Origin: Octopus sinensis
Taxonomy: Eukaryota
Direction: 5' to 3'
Length of the DNA: 64,000 bases
Assembly (NCBI RefSeq): GCF_006345805.1
Contig: NC_043008.1
Span: forward strand, 25,730,001 to 25,794,000
In this document: piece by piece, positions 36,982 through 47,195 of the stretch
How the letters are laid out: each line of letters opens with the position of its first letter
How positions within the stretch are numbered: the first letter of the stretch is position 1
Made by a program: the position numbers and the translations under genes
Notes under the pieces: generated by a model
What the model was told of the DNA's origin: nothing
What the model saw: only the letters and a program-made list of their open reading frames with translations
Database searches by the model: none

Positions 36982-38209
36982 ATATATATATATATATTAT
37001 ATATAGAGAGAGAGAGAGAGAGAAAGAGAGATTGAGAGAGGGAGAGAGAGAGAAAGTTAGCTAGATAGATACCTAGAATTAATGAATGAAATAAGTAGGT
37101 TAGGTACATGATATCTTGAAGCATAATATTTATATTGAATATATATAGACCTATATGCAGATGACAGGGATGCTGTTATATAAGTATAAAAGCTACAAAT
37201 AAGATAAATTGAAATTCATATGTACAATTTTTTGAATCTTAATATTTCTGTATAAAAAAATAATAGCTGAGTGAACTTCTAAGACATCAATTTCTGTTTG
37301 TGCACCAGTAGATACAAATTCCTGACAAGCCCATGAGCGAACTTCTTCTATAGACAGATAACTATTAGAAAGAACAGTCAAATCTTCCTTAAATCACACA
37401 CAACTTATTATGGTTTAATCCATTTGATCATTGTATTAATCTTCCGAATTAGAACTGACCAGAAAGTTATAAAACAACCACCAGAATATTTAGTATGCAT
37501 GAATAAATTCTCAAATCAACCATCAGCCACCTTGATTCCTTTTGCAACAAGTGTATATAAAAAGTATGAGACAAATTGCTGTGAAAGAAATAGCTGACAA
37601 TGCATCATACTGAAGATAGATGTAAAAAGATTATAAAATAAGTATTTATTTAAACAAAGAAACTCATGTAAAATCAAAAATACATACACAGAAGGAAACA
37701 AATAAATGTAATATTTTACAACTTGCTATACACACTAATGTTAAAATAATAATTGAGAAGAATTTTTCCTACCTAACAAACATTTCTCTCTGATCACAAG
37801 CAGTACATACTATGAATAGCAGCAATATAAAAATTAGCTTCAGTTGCATGTTCTAAATACAGGAAGCATAATGGAACAAATAAAACATGGTATCAGGTTC
37901 CATAAATATATAGTATTTGAGAGCTAATATACATAATAATTTAATGCAACTATAAAAATTTAGACCACTACTTTTCTCAATGAAACATGCTAACAGCAAG
38001 GAGTAGCATACAAGGAAGTTATACAGAACACATGTAAAGTTGATTTTTAAGCTGTAATTCATAACATGCCAATTCCTTCTAAAAAATACATGTATGTAGG
38101 AAGAATGTAATAACTCTATAAAAGTATATTTGTTCTTTGGAAGGGAAGGTGAAAATAACATTTAAATAATATATATTAGGAACAACTTTTCTAAAAACTG
38201 ATACTATAA

Positions 38210-38350
38210 CCATCAGAAACTATTTAACAACATGAGGCAGAAAACTAACTTATCTTGATGAAAAAAATTTGCAAGTCGTACATACAAAACAACTAGAATT
38301 AATGTCACTATGCAGACATAGAAACAAATATTACCTCAAGCATTTCAAAG
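38210..38350 (+). mobile_element. Short Penelope-like C-terminal remnant
   Basis: ..LELMSLCRHRNKYYL resembles the PLE terminal motif ELxSxCRHRNK. Confidence 0.45.
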
Positions 38351-38761
38351 TTTTACAGTCATATTAACTGTCCAAAATTTTAAAATCAATCAGTATGAAA
38401 CACGAATACATGACATGAAATCAAGCTGTAAAAAATCTCCCTGACTTGCTTGAAGTAACTACTTTATTCCAGTGGAAACTTGGACTTGTTAGATAAAAAT
38501 AAAATGTTCATCTCTAAAAATACATACCTTCATGTGAGTACATGTATATAAAAAGGTATGTGTTGTACTGATGTTGTTTTTATTCCTAGACTAAGTATGG
38601 TTAAAGATATTCTAGTCATGATGATCCCATTTTTCACCCAGAACCATGTTATCCAATGAGATCTTTTCCAGGATACAAGGTTATGTTATACAAGAAGTAT
38701 AGTGGCTATTTATAGCAAGACATAAACGTTCTCTCATTGGCTTGTCAGTACACACACACAA

Positions 38762-38792
<31 letters not shown>

Positions 38793-38793
38793 A

Positions 38794-38830
<37 letters not shown>

Positions 38831-38925
38831 TACATACATACATACATACATACATGTGTTAAATAAAATGAGACAACAAATCCAAGGCTGTGTGGAGTTT
38901 CAGGACATTTATAAAGAGACAGATA

Positions 38926-38973
38926 ATCTTACAGCTGTTTCTGGGATATTAAAGATATCCCTTCATCAGAGAT
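38926..38973 (-). ncRNA. Minimal type I hammerhead ribozyme with palindromic stem III (PLE/dimeric type)
   Basis: ATCT-CTGATGA-A-GGGATAT-CTTTA-ATATCCC-A-GAAA-CAGCTG-T-A-AGAT: complete core, 7-bp stem II, self-complementary ACAGCTGT stem III, GUA cleavage triplet, 4-bp stem I. Confidence 0.8.
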
Positions 38974-39124
38974 GCTGTGAGGTGGTTAAATAGAGGGAAA
39001 TATTAGAGTTCAATATGGGTAGTTATTTTAGGAAAGGAAGCAAATATGGAGTGCATAGGGAAAAGAGAGAATGAATATAGAAATAAAAATAAATATGTAC
39101 AAAGATATTATAGTTGCAGTTTCA

Positions 39125-39281
39125 TTATCCAAAGAAAGTGATGTGTAGAAGTGGTAGAAATGCTTCCTGTCTGTGGTATGTAAATTCCAATAGGAGTTCA
39201 TATTTTGAACTCCTATTGGAATATACATATGACAGACAGGAAGCATTTATACCACTTCTACTCATCACTTTTTTTGGATAA
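39125..39281. repeat. ~76-bp-arm hairpin palindrome (5-nt loop at 39201-39205)
   Basis: ttatccaaagaaagtgatg...ataggagttca / tgaactcctat...catcactttttttggataa. Confidence 0.92.
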
Positions 39282-39727
39282 CCCATTAATAGGTTCTCCT
39301 GTTTGTGTAGCACGGTTCAGAGTCCTGATGCAATACATAGGGTCTTCCAACAGCCATCCTCTTGACCCAGGGCAGCACTACTTCTTCCAGGCATTCAATG
39401 TAGGCTGAGTCTGAGGCCGTGTGGGAATATGAATGGAGTTGCCACCACCAGGATTTTGACTGAAGGTTTGACTTTTATCATTCTCAGTATATGTCTTCAG
39501 ATTGACATGTAAACACTCTGCAATGTGTGAATGCCAAGTAGTACAGCATGTCATTTCCAAATTTCTGGCAGAGTGAATTGAGTCATGGTGCTGTTATTCT
39601 CACGGATGGTACCCAACAGATTCTACTATATTGTGTAGTCAACAAAATCAAAAACAATGTGCATGCTCGAAATTAAGAATATAAAATTTTAACAATTTAC
39701 CCTTCGTACCCTGTGTGTGTATATATA

Positions 39728-39875
39728 TTCCTGGTGAAGGCTGGTTTATGGGGTTACTCTGGGTTTCCTGCCATAAAGAGTTTAACTTCATATCGTATTG
39801 TCAGACCCCAAGACCTATTGGCTTGAGGTCATAGGGAAACCTAGGATTACCCCATAAATTGGCCTTCACCAGGAA
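39728..39875. repeat. Small inverted-repeat element (~44-bp arms)
   Basis: ttcctggtgaaggctggtttatgggg.. / ..ccccataaattggccttcaccaggaa. Confidence 0.8.
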
Positions 39876-39927
39876 AAAATATTGACTGCACTACTTCTTA
39901 GACTGTGCTGCTTCTCTGGATTTATGT

Positions 39928-39991
<64 letters not shown>

Positions 39992-40011
39992 TATGTATGT
40001 ATATATATGTA

Positions 40012-40042
<31 letters not shown>

Positions 40043-40054
40043 GCATGTATGTAT

Positions 40055-40205
40055 ATGTTAAATAAAATGAGACAACAAAGCCAAGGCAGTGTGGAATTTA
40101 CAGGACATTTATAAAGAGAAAGGTAGTCTTATAGTTGTTTGGGGGATATTAGGGATATCCCTTCACCATAGGACGATATGTGAGAGTTAACTAGAGGAAA
40201 TAATA
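40055..40205 (-). mobile_element. Second, degenerate copy of the hammerhead-bearing element of 38855-39000
   Basis: gttaaataaaatgagacaacaaa...caggacatttataaagaga...gggatatt..gatatcccttca is shared; the ribozyme core is mutated. Confidence 0.85.
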
Positions 40206-40233
40206 TACTTTATATATATATATATATATATAT

Positions 40234-43200
40234 CATCATCATCATCATCATTTAAAGTCCATTTTCTATGCTAGCATGGGTTGGACGATTTTGACTGAGG
40301 GCTGGCAACCAGATGGCTGCACCAGGCTCCAGTCTTAATCTGGCATATTTTCTACAGATTGATGCCCTTCCTAACGCCAACCACTCCGAGAGTGTAGTGG
40401 GTGCTTTTTATGTGCCACGGGTACGGAAGCCAGTTGGCTGCTCTGGCAACGATCACAATGATCACGCTCGGATGATGTTCTTGGCACCCTACTAGCACAG
40501 GCATAAGTGCCAGTAAGGCGACGCTGGTAACGATCATACTCGAATAGCCGCTCTGTCAACAATCACATTCATATGGTGCTCTTTGTACCCCGCTAGCACG
40601 GATGCCAGTCATCGAAGTTATTTTGATTTTGATTTGATTTCACTTGCCTCAACAGGTCTTCGCAAGCAAAGTTTAGTGACCAAAAAAGGAAATGCTACGC
40701 ATAAGCGGGCTGGTTATGCTCCTGGCATAGGCCACGGGTTATGGTTTCATCTGGCTTGCCGGGTCTTCTCGAATACAGCATATTTCCAAAGGTCTCGGTT
40801 GCTAGTCATTTCCTTGGTGAGGCCTAATGTTCGAAGGTCGTGCTTCACCACTTCACCCCAGGTCTTCCTGGGTCTACCTCTTCCACAAGTTCCCTCAACC
40901 GCTAGGGTGTGGTACTTTTTCACACAGCTATCCTCATCCATTCTCGCCACATGACCATACCAGCGCATTCGTCTCTCTTGCACACCACATCTAATGCTTC
41001 TTAGGTCCAACTTTTCTCTCAAGGTACTTACACTCTGATGTGTATGCACATTGACATTACACATCCATCGGATCATACTGGCTTCATTCCTTGCGAGCTT
41101 ACGCATATCCTCAGCAGTCACAGCCCATGTTTCACTGCCGTGTAGCATGGCTGTTCGTACACATGCATCATGCTGTCTACCTTTTACTCTGAGCAAGAGG
41201 CCCTTTGTCATCAGCAGAGGTAAGAGCTCTCTGAACTTTGCCCAAGCTATTCATATTCTAGCAGCGACACTTTCAGTGCACCCTCCTCCGCTACTGATTT
41301 GGTCACCTAGATAACCGAAGTTATCAACTACTTCTGGTTTTTCCCCCTGGAATGTGGCGGAAGTTGGTCTCTGCGCATTTTCAGTGTTTATTGCTCCCAA
41401 GCATCTGCCACATACAAAACCTATCTTCCCAGTTAGCCTTCCTTTGATATTACTGCATCTTTCACAGTTTCTACCTACACCTCTACAACAAATCGAGCAA
41501 GGCCATCTACCTGAAGGGATTTGTGGTTTGCCTGCCTTCCTACTTATTAGGACTTTGCTTTTAGCTAGGTTGTCTCTAAGTCCCATTGATTCTAATCCTT
41601 GTTTCCATACTTGGAACTTCTCCTCTAGTACTGATAGTAACTCAGCAATTAGAGCAAGGTCATCAGCATAGAGGAGCTCCCAGGGGCATACTGTCTGGAA
41701 TCCCTCCGTTATTGCCTGGAGGACTATGATAAATAGAAGGTGGCAGAGGGCTGAACCCTGATAGACCCCTACCTCTACCCTGAATTCTTCAGTGTACTCA
41801 TTGCCAACCCTTACCTTACTTACAGCGTCCTTGTACATGGCTCGCACAGCTCTCATTAACCATTCATCTATCCCTAGTTTCCTCATTGACCACCAGATAA
41901 GGGATCGGGGGACCCTGTCAAAAGCTTTCTTCATGTCAACCAAAGCCAGGTACAGGGCCTTATCTTTGGTTAGGTATTTCTGCTGCAGCTGTCTTACCAG
42001 AAATATGGCATCAGTGGTACTTTTCCCTGGCACGAAACCAAACTGCATCTCATCCAAGTTGACTCTCTCCCTAATAAGTTGGGCTATAACCCTCTACGCA
42101 ACCTTCATTACCTGATCCAACAGTTTCATACCTCTGTAATTATTTGTATCTTGGGCGTCACCTTTACCTTTGTAGCAGTTAGCTATTATGCTGCTACACC
42201 AGTCATTGGGTATGACTCTTTCGTGTATCACCTGGTTAGCTATACGGGTGACTAGGCTATAGACGACACTGCCAGATATTTTGAGCATCTCTGCAGTAAT
42301 TCCTGATGGGCCTGAGGCTTTCCCTGTCTTCATGCTTCTAATTGCCTTGACTACCAAGGAACTGTCAACACGGATAGCTGGCCCCTCTGTTGGGTCGACA
42401 TTCGGCAGACTCTCTTTATCCCGTGCATTTTCTTTATTCAGCAACCTTTCATAGTTGCATCTCCAAACCTCTCTCTTTGCATCCTCATTTAGCGCAAGTG
42501 AACCGTCATGCATGCGAACACATTTCTCTCCTACCACATCACAATTCTCTTTCACACACTATCTTGCAACATGAAATACCTCAAGTCTTTCATCCTCACA
42601 GCACAGAACATTGGCAATTTTTTTCTTATCTGCTTCCCCTCTGGCTAAATACACCTGCCTCCTAGCTTCCCTTCTGGCAGTCTGATACACTTCCCTGCTA
42701 CCACCGTTCTTCCAGTCCTTCCAAGCCTGTTTCTTTTGTCTAATAACCCTGTCAACAATATTGTTCCACCACCACGTTATTTTGGGTTTTGAGGGGACTT
42801 TGCACCATCCACAGATCTGGTCAGTCGCCCTTAGCAGGTTGTCCCATAGGAACCTCCAGTTGTCTTCAACCCTTTGTGAAGCTATATCCCCTTCTATTTC
42901 GTCAAAGGCTTCAAGTAATATGTCTCTAAATCTCTGTCCCTTCGCAGGATCTTTAAGCTTCCAGACCCTTTTACTCCATGTTGGTCGTCTTCTGGTCGTC
43001 CTCTTAGTCTTGATCCTAAAGTCACTAACTACCAGTCTATGTTGTGGGATACATTCTTCGCCTGGGAAGGTTTTGGCATTTATAAGCAGCCATCTTTCCC
43101 TTTTCCTGGCAAGGATGTAGTCAATTTAGCTGGTATGTCAGCCCGATCGGTAGGTGGCTAGGTGGCTGGTAGGTTTCCTGAAGTTAGTGTTGCAAACCAT

Positions 43201-44000
43201 AAGATCATTTGCATCACAGAACTCCAGCAGCCTGGTTCCCTCCTCATTGCGGGAACCATAACCATAGCCTCAATGTACGCCATAGAAGCCCCCTGTATGT
43301 TGTCCAACATGCCCATGTCAACGAGGTAGTCTGCAGTAGGGTGTCATAGAATCAGTCTTTCTGTCCATCGGTTAGCCCTGGATGAGGGGCATAGGCCGAT
43401 ATAATGATTGCTAATCCATGATGAAGCACTAATCTAATCTTAAGTATTCTGTCGCATACTCTGACTACCTCAATTACCTTATCCACCCATTTCTCTGCAA
43501 GAAGTGTACCCTTGCCCCCGACCCCGTCAGTGTTCTCAGCCCAGAAAATCTTGTACCTGTGTTCTTTGCCTGTGAGGAACCTAGCAGAACCTCCTCTCCA
43601 CCTCACTTTTTGAATGCAGTACATATCAACACATCTCCGTTCAAGCAACTCAACAATCTCGTCAGACCTACCTTTCAGTGTGCCAACGTTGAGGGTGCAA
43701 AACCTGAGGGTGTGGGAGGTATGGGCCCTAGGGACCTTGGGACGGGGGACCGTAGCTTCATGAACCTGAAAAGAAAACTCGCATTTGGCAGGATTCATAG
43801 ACAAACTATAGACTTAAGTTCAAACTGCGTACACTACACTATCATATTTTGCACTGTATGATCACTACCTTATATAGCAGGGGGTGGGTTGGCGTAAGCT
43901 TTTGAAGTGCTCATGGGAGACAACCAAGGATGCCAAAATTGGGACTACCAGTAAAGGTGGAGGGGTGGGGTGAATGCACCGCAAAAACTAGCAGCCATGA
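40234..44000 (-). mobile_element. Near full-length RTE LINE (APE + RT), disrupted
   Basis: EN: TLNVGTLKGR..IQKVRWRG..SAYAPH; KASGPSG..NYRG; RT: QFGFVPGKSTTDAIF, DMKKAFDRV, GVYQGSAL, LLYADDLAL; C-terminal WYGHVARM..GRGRPRKTW; (GAT)n tail at 40234-40250. The 5' end is approximate. Confidence 0.95.
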
Positions 44001-44119
44001 GGGGCGCATCTCATCTCTTGGAGAAAGAATACTTCGTTGTAGGTATTAAGAGACATAATTGAGAGAGAGAGAGAGAGATATGTTGCAGATTTAGGGGAGA
44101 TGCGTGAGCTAAATTTATC

Positions 44120-44332
44120 TTAGACATCGATAAGAGGAACTATAGAATTATATATTTAATATGAGGCGTGAAGCTGAAATAGAGAAAGTGAAACAGAATA
44201 GAGATAAACTAACAGGGTTAAATTTTAGACATCGATAAGTAAGAAGGAACTATAAGATTATATATTTAACATGAGGTGTGAAGCTGAAATAGACAGAGTA
44301 AAAACAGAATAGAGATAAACTAAAAGGGTTGA
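44120..44332. repeat. Tandem duplication of ~105 bp
   Basis: ttagacatcgataag...gaagctgaaataga...aacagaatagagataaactaa occurs twice. Confidence 0.85.
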
Positions 44333-44689
44333 TCAATTGCGCAGAAATAATACTAGGTAGTTAACGGGTTGAATTTAAAGGAATGTTTATCTGTGATTCA
44401 TCTTTTGCGTTCGTAGTTTACAGCCAAAGTTTTGATATCGAAATAATGCGTGCGCTAGATAGATAGAGAGATAGATAGATAGATAGATAGATAGATTACT
44501 TCGTATGCCATTACTTTGCCTGTCTCTCTCCTTTTCTTCATTCTTTTTTCTCCTTTTTCCATGCCTGATTTCAAATCTTTCCTCCTCCACGTTCACCACT
44601 GCCTAAAGAATTTTCCTTTCTACCTCTCCTGTCAAATCTTTTTTCCCAACCAGTCACCATACTTGATCTCTAAATCCACGTGCTTTTTT

Positions 44690-44745
<56 letters not shown>

Positions 44746-44759
44746 ATTTTCACTTATTC

Positions 44760-44795
44760 CTTTCTGTTGAAGAGTGTAAGCTCGAAACATAAAAG
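44760..44795 (+). ncRNA. Degenerate minimal hammerhead motif
   Basis: CTTT-CTGTTGA-A-GAGT-GTAA-GCTC-GAAA-CA-T-A-AAAG (stem I, stem II with GNRA loop; A6 to U change; stem III ACAT). Confidence 0.5.
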
Positions 44796-44971
44796 ACATT
44801 TTCACTTTCTTGAGCTACAAACTAATACACCTCCTTGCTGTTCATACACCTGTCTTCATTTTCCTGTAAATTTCAATTATATATATATAGAGAGAGATAA
44901 TTTGATTTGATTTTATCTAGTTTCAGCTCATGAGCTGTGGCCATGCTAAGGCACCGCCATTTATACATATA

Positions 44972-45366
44972 CTAGCAGTATCGCCCGGCGTTGCTCGGGT
45001 TTGTAAGGGAAATAATTATATAAGCATTTTTAGAGATGTAAAGTATAATAGCCATCTCAATATGGCTAACCACAAAGGGGGAGGGGTGTTACTGTAGCTT
45101 TTTACGTTCTGAGATTTAATAATAAATTTTAGAGAGTTACTTCCCTTATATATGTCAAAAATGGATTAAAAATGGGAAAAATTGATGGTAAATTTTTTTT
45201 TAAATCGTAGACTCATCGTAGACGCACGCTAATACCCAGACGGTCTCGATATGAATCACGACTATAAGATACCCGGTTTTGGTTAAACTGCACCGCAAAA
45301 TGTGGGAGTAGTTAGGAATCTAAATCGTAGGAGACAGACACACAACCTCACTTTTATATATAAAGA
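44972..45366 (-). mobile_element. Non-autonomous Helitron, same family as 23092-23491
   Basis: Reverse complement match with TC...hairpin cccgagcaacgccggg...CTAG termini and an A|T target. Confidence 0.88.
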
Positions 45367-45528
45367 TTTCCTCTATTTACATAATATTGAGGTCTCTTTC
45401 TTTCTTTTGTTATCTTACTGTTTTTACCAATATACATATATATATATATATAAATATATATATAGTTACAGAGATGTACTTGCATAGCAAGTGACTTGAT
45501 CTGAGATCGTGTGCTGGAACGAAAACAG

Positions 45529-45787
45529 TTGCAGTGTTGAAGGTGTTTATAAGCCATTTAAGAAACACACAAAAACTGTTAGATTCACTTCAACATTTAA
45601 ATTTAATTTGTCAAAATATTTTCGTCGCTTTGAGACCGCGACCTGTTAGCACGATATTTTTGTCAGTGAACAGGTCGCGGTCTGAAAGTGACGAAAATAT
45701 TTTGGCAAATTAAACTTAAATGTTGAAGTGAATGTAACGGTTTTTGTGTGTTTCTTAAATGGCTTACAAACACCTTCCACGCTGCAA
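45529..45787. repeat. Fold-back element: 119-bp arms with 21-bp spacer, in (TA)n
   Basis: 45529-45647 is the reverse complement of 45669-45787. Confidence 0.93.
45659..45709 (+). ncRNA. Hammerhead-like motif with G3:C8 swapped core
   Basis: TTTGTCA-GTGAACA-G-GTCGC-GGTCTGAAA-GTGAC-GAAA-ATAT-T-T-TGGCAAA. Confidence 0.55.
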
Positions 45788-46150
45788 TATATATATACAC
45801 ACATATATATATATGTATGTATGTATGTATGTGTGTATATGTGTATGCATGTATGTGTGTGTGTGCGTGTCTGTGCTTGTGATTGTCCTCCACCACTGCT
45901 TGACAACGAATGTTGGTTTGTTTACATCCCTGTCACCTAGTGGTTTGACAAAGGAAACAGATAGAATAAGTACAATGCTTACAAAAATAAAACTGGAGTT
46001 GATTCATTAAACTACAATTCTTCAAGGCATTGCCCCAGCATGGCCACAGACCAATGGCTGGAAAAAGCAGAAGAATAAAAGAATACATTCTCTGCTTTGG
46101 TCATATGTTGAAGGCATGAGAAAGCTTGAGTTTACATGAGAAGGCCTAAC

Positions 46151-46521
46151 AGACCTGGTAGAAACAGCAGCCAAATCTCCCTCAAATCACACCTTACTGT
46201 CTTATGTATGTATATATATATGAGCCAATGAGGGGGACCTCTACATGGTAGCTAGACCTGGTAGAAATAGCAGCCAAATTTCCCCCAAATCACACCTTAC
46301 TGTCTTATCTATGTATATATGTATGTATGAGCCTATGAGGGAGACCCCTACATAGCAGCTAGACCTGGTAGAAATAGCAGCCAAATTTCCCCCAAATCAC
46401 ACCTTACTGTCTTATCTATGTATATATGTATGTATGAGCCTATGAGGGAGACCCCTACATGGCAGCTAGACATGGTAGAAATAGCAGCCAAATCTCCCTC
46501 AAATCACACCTTACTGTCTTA
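46151..46521. repeat. Tandem array of 3.5 units, 103-107 bp each
   Basis: Unit starts agac(c/a)tggtagaaa(c/t)agcagccaaat at 46151, 46254, 46361 and 46468. Confidence 0.9.
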
Positions 46522-47160
46522 TCTTTCTGCTACTTGGATATAGGTGTTATATTCGTCGTAAAAAAAACTTTCCTGTCACACACTCACGCACACGCACACA
46601 CACACGCACCCTCACACACACACACACACGCGCGCACACCCACACCCACCCACTCACACACACGCACGTTAGCTTACAATTTTATTTATATATTTGCGTG
46701 TCTGTGTGGAAAGAGGAAGTGGGAGGCAGAGTGAAAGAATCACTCACTACAGTAAGTCAATTACTTTCATTTTATTCGTTGCCCACTGTGTGTGTGCGTT
46801 TGCGTGTGCTGTAAACCAGACTAAGAAAAGCATTTGACACACACACGAGAATGTGAGTTTTCTGTAAATTTTGCTTAACTGGAGTTTAAATTTTAAAAAC
46901 TGGACCTGGCATGACGCGATGCATTGTACTCTTAAAAATGCAAGGTAAATTGTAATTGAAGAAATCCTATATTGTAGATTTGTATAACTCCCAAAGCGAG
47001 GCAGATAAAATCTGCCTTTTATAATAAGATATATATATATATATATGTTTGTGTGTGTGTAGGTGTGTGGGTGTATGTATATACACCCACACATGAAAAC
47101 ACAACAACGCGAGGACGTGGAACAAGTATATTGTTATTGGACGCTCAGGAAAGAAGGAGG

Positions 47161-47195
47161 GTTTAACGTTTCGGGCGGAGCTCTTTGTCAGAATC
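47161..47195 (-). ncRNA. Degenerate minimal hammerhead motif
   Basis: GATT-CTGACAA-A-GAGC-TCC-GCCC-GAAA-CG-T-T-AAAC with palindromic ACGT stem III; G8 to A and single mismatches in stems I and II. Confidence 0.5.

Noticed and set aside
37193-37400. Protein-like minus ORF EDLTVLSNSYLSIEEVRSWACQEF...
   Set aside because: Weak splice signals and no recognisable family. RNA-seq or BLASTX would be needed.
43870-44010. HDV-like ribozyme at the RTE 5' end (GGCTGCTAG/CTGGTAGTC pairing, GCCAA-CCCACC)
   Set aside because: RTE-linked HDV-like ribozymes are known, but I could not identify P3, L3 or P1.1 here.
46151-46521. CRISPR-like array
   Set aside because: Whole units repeat with no unique spacers, there are no cas genes, and the context is eukaryotic.
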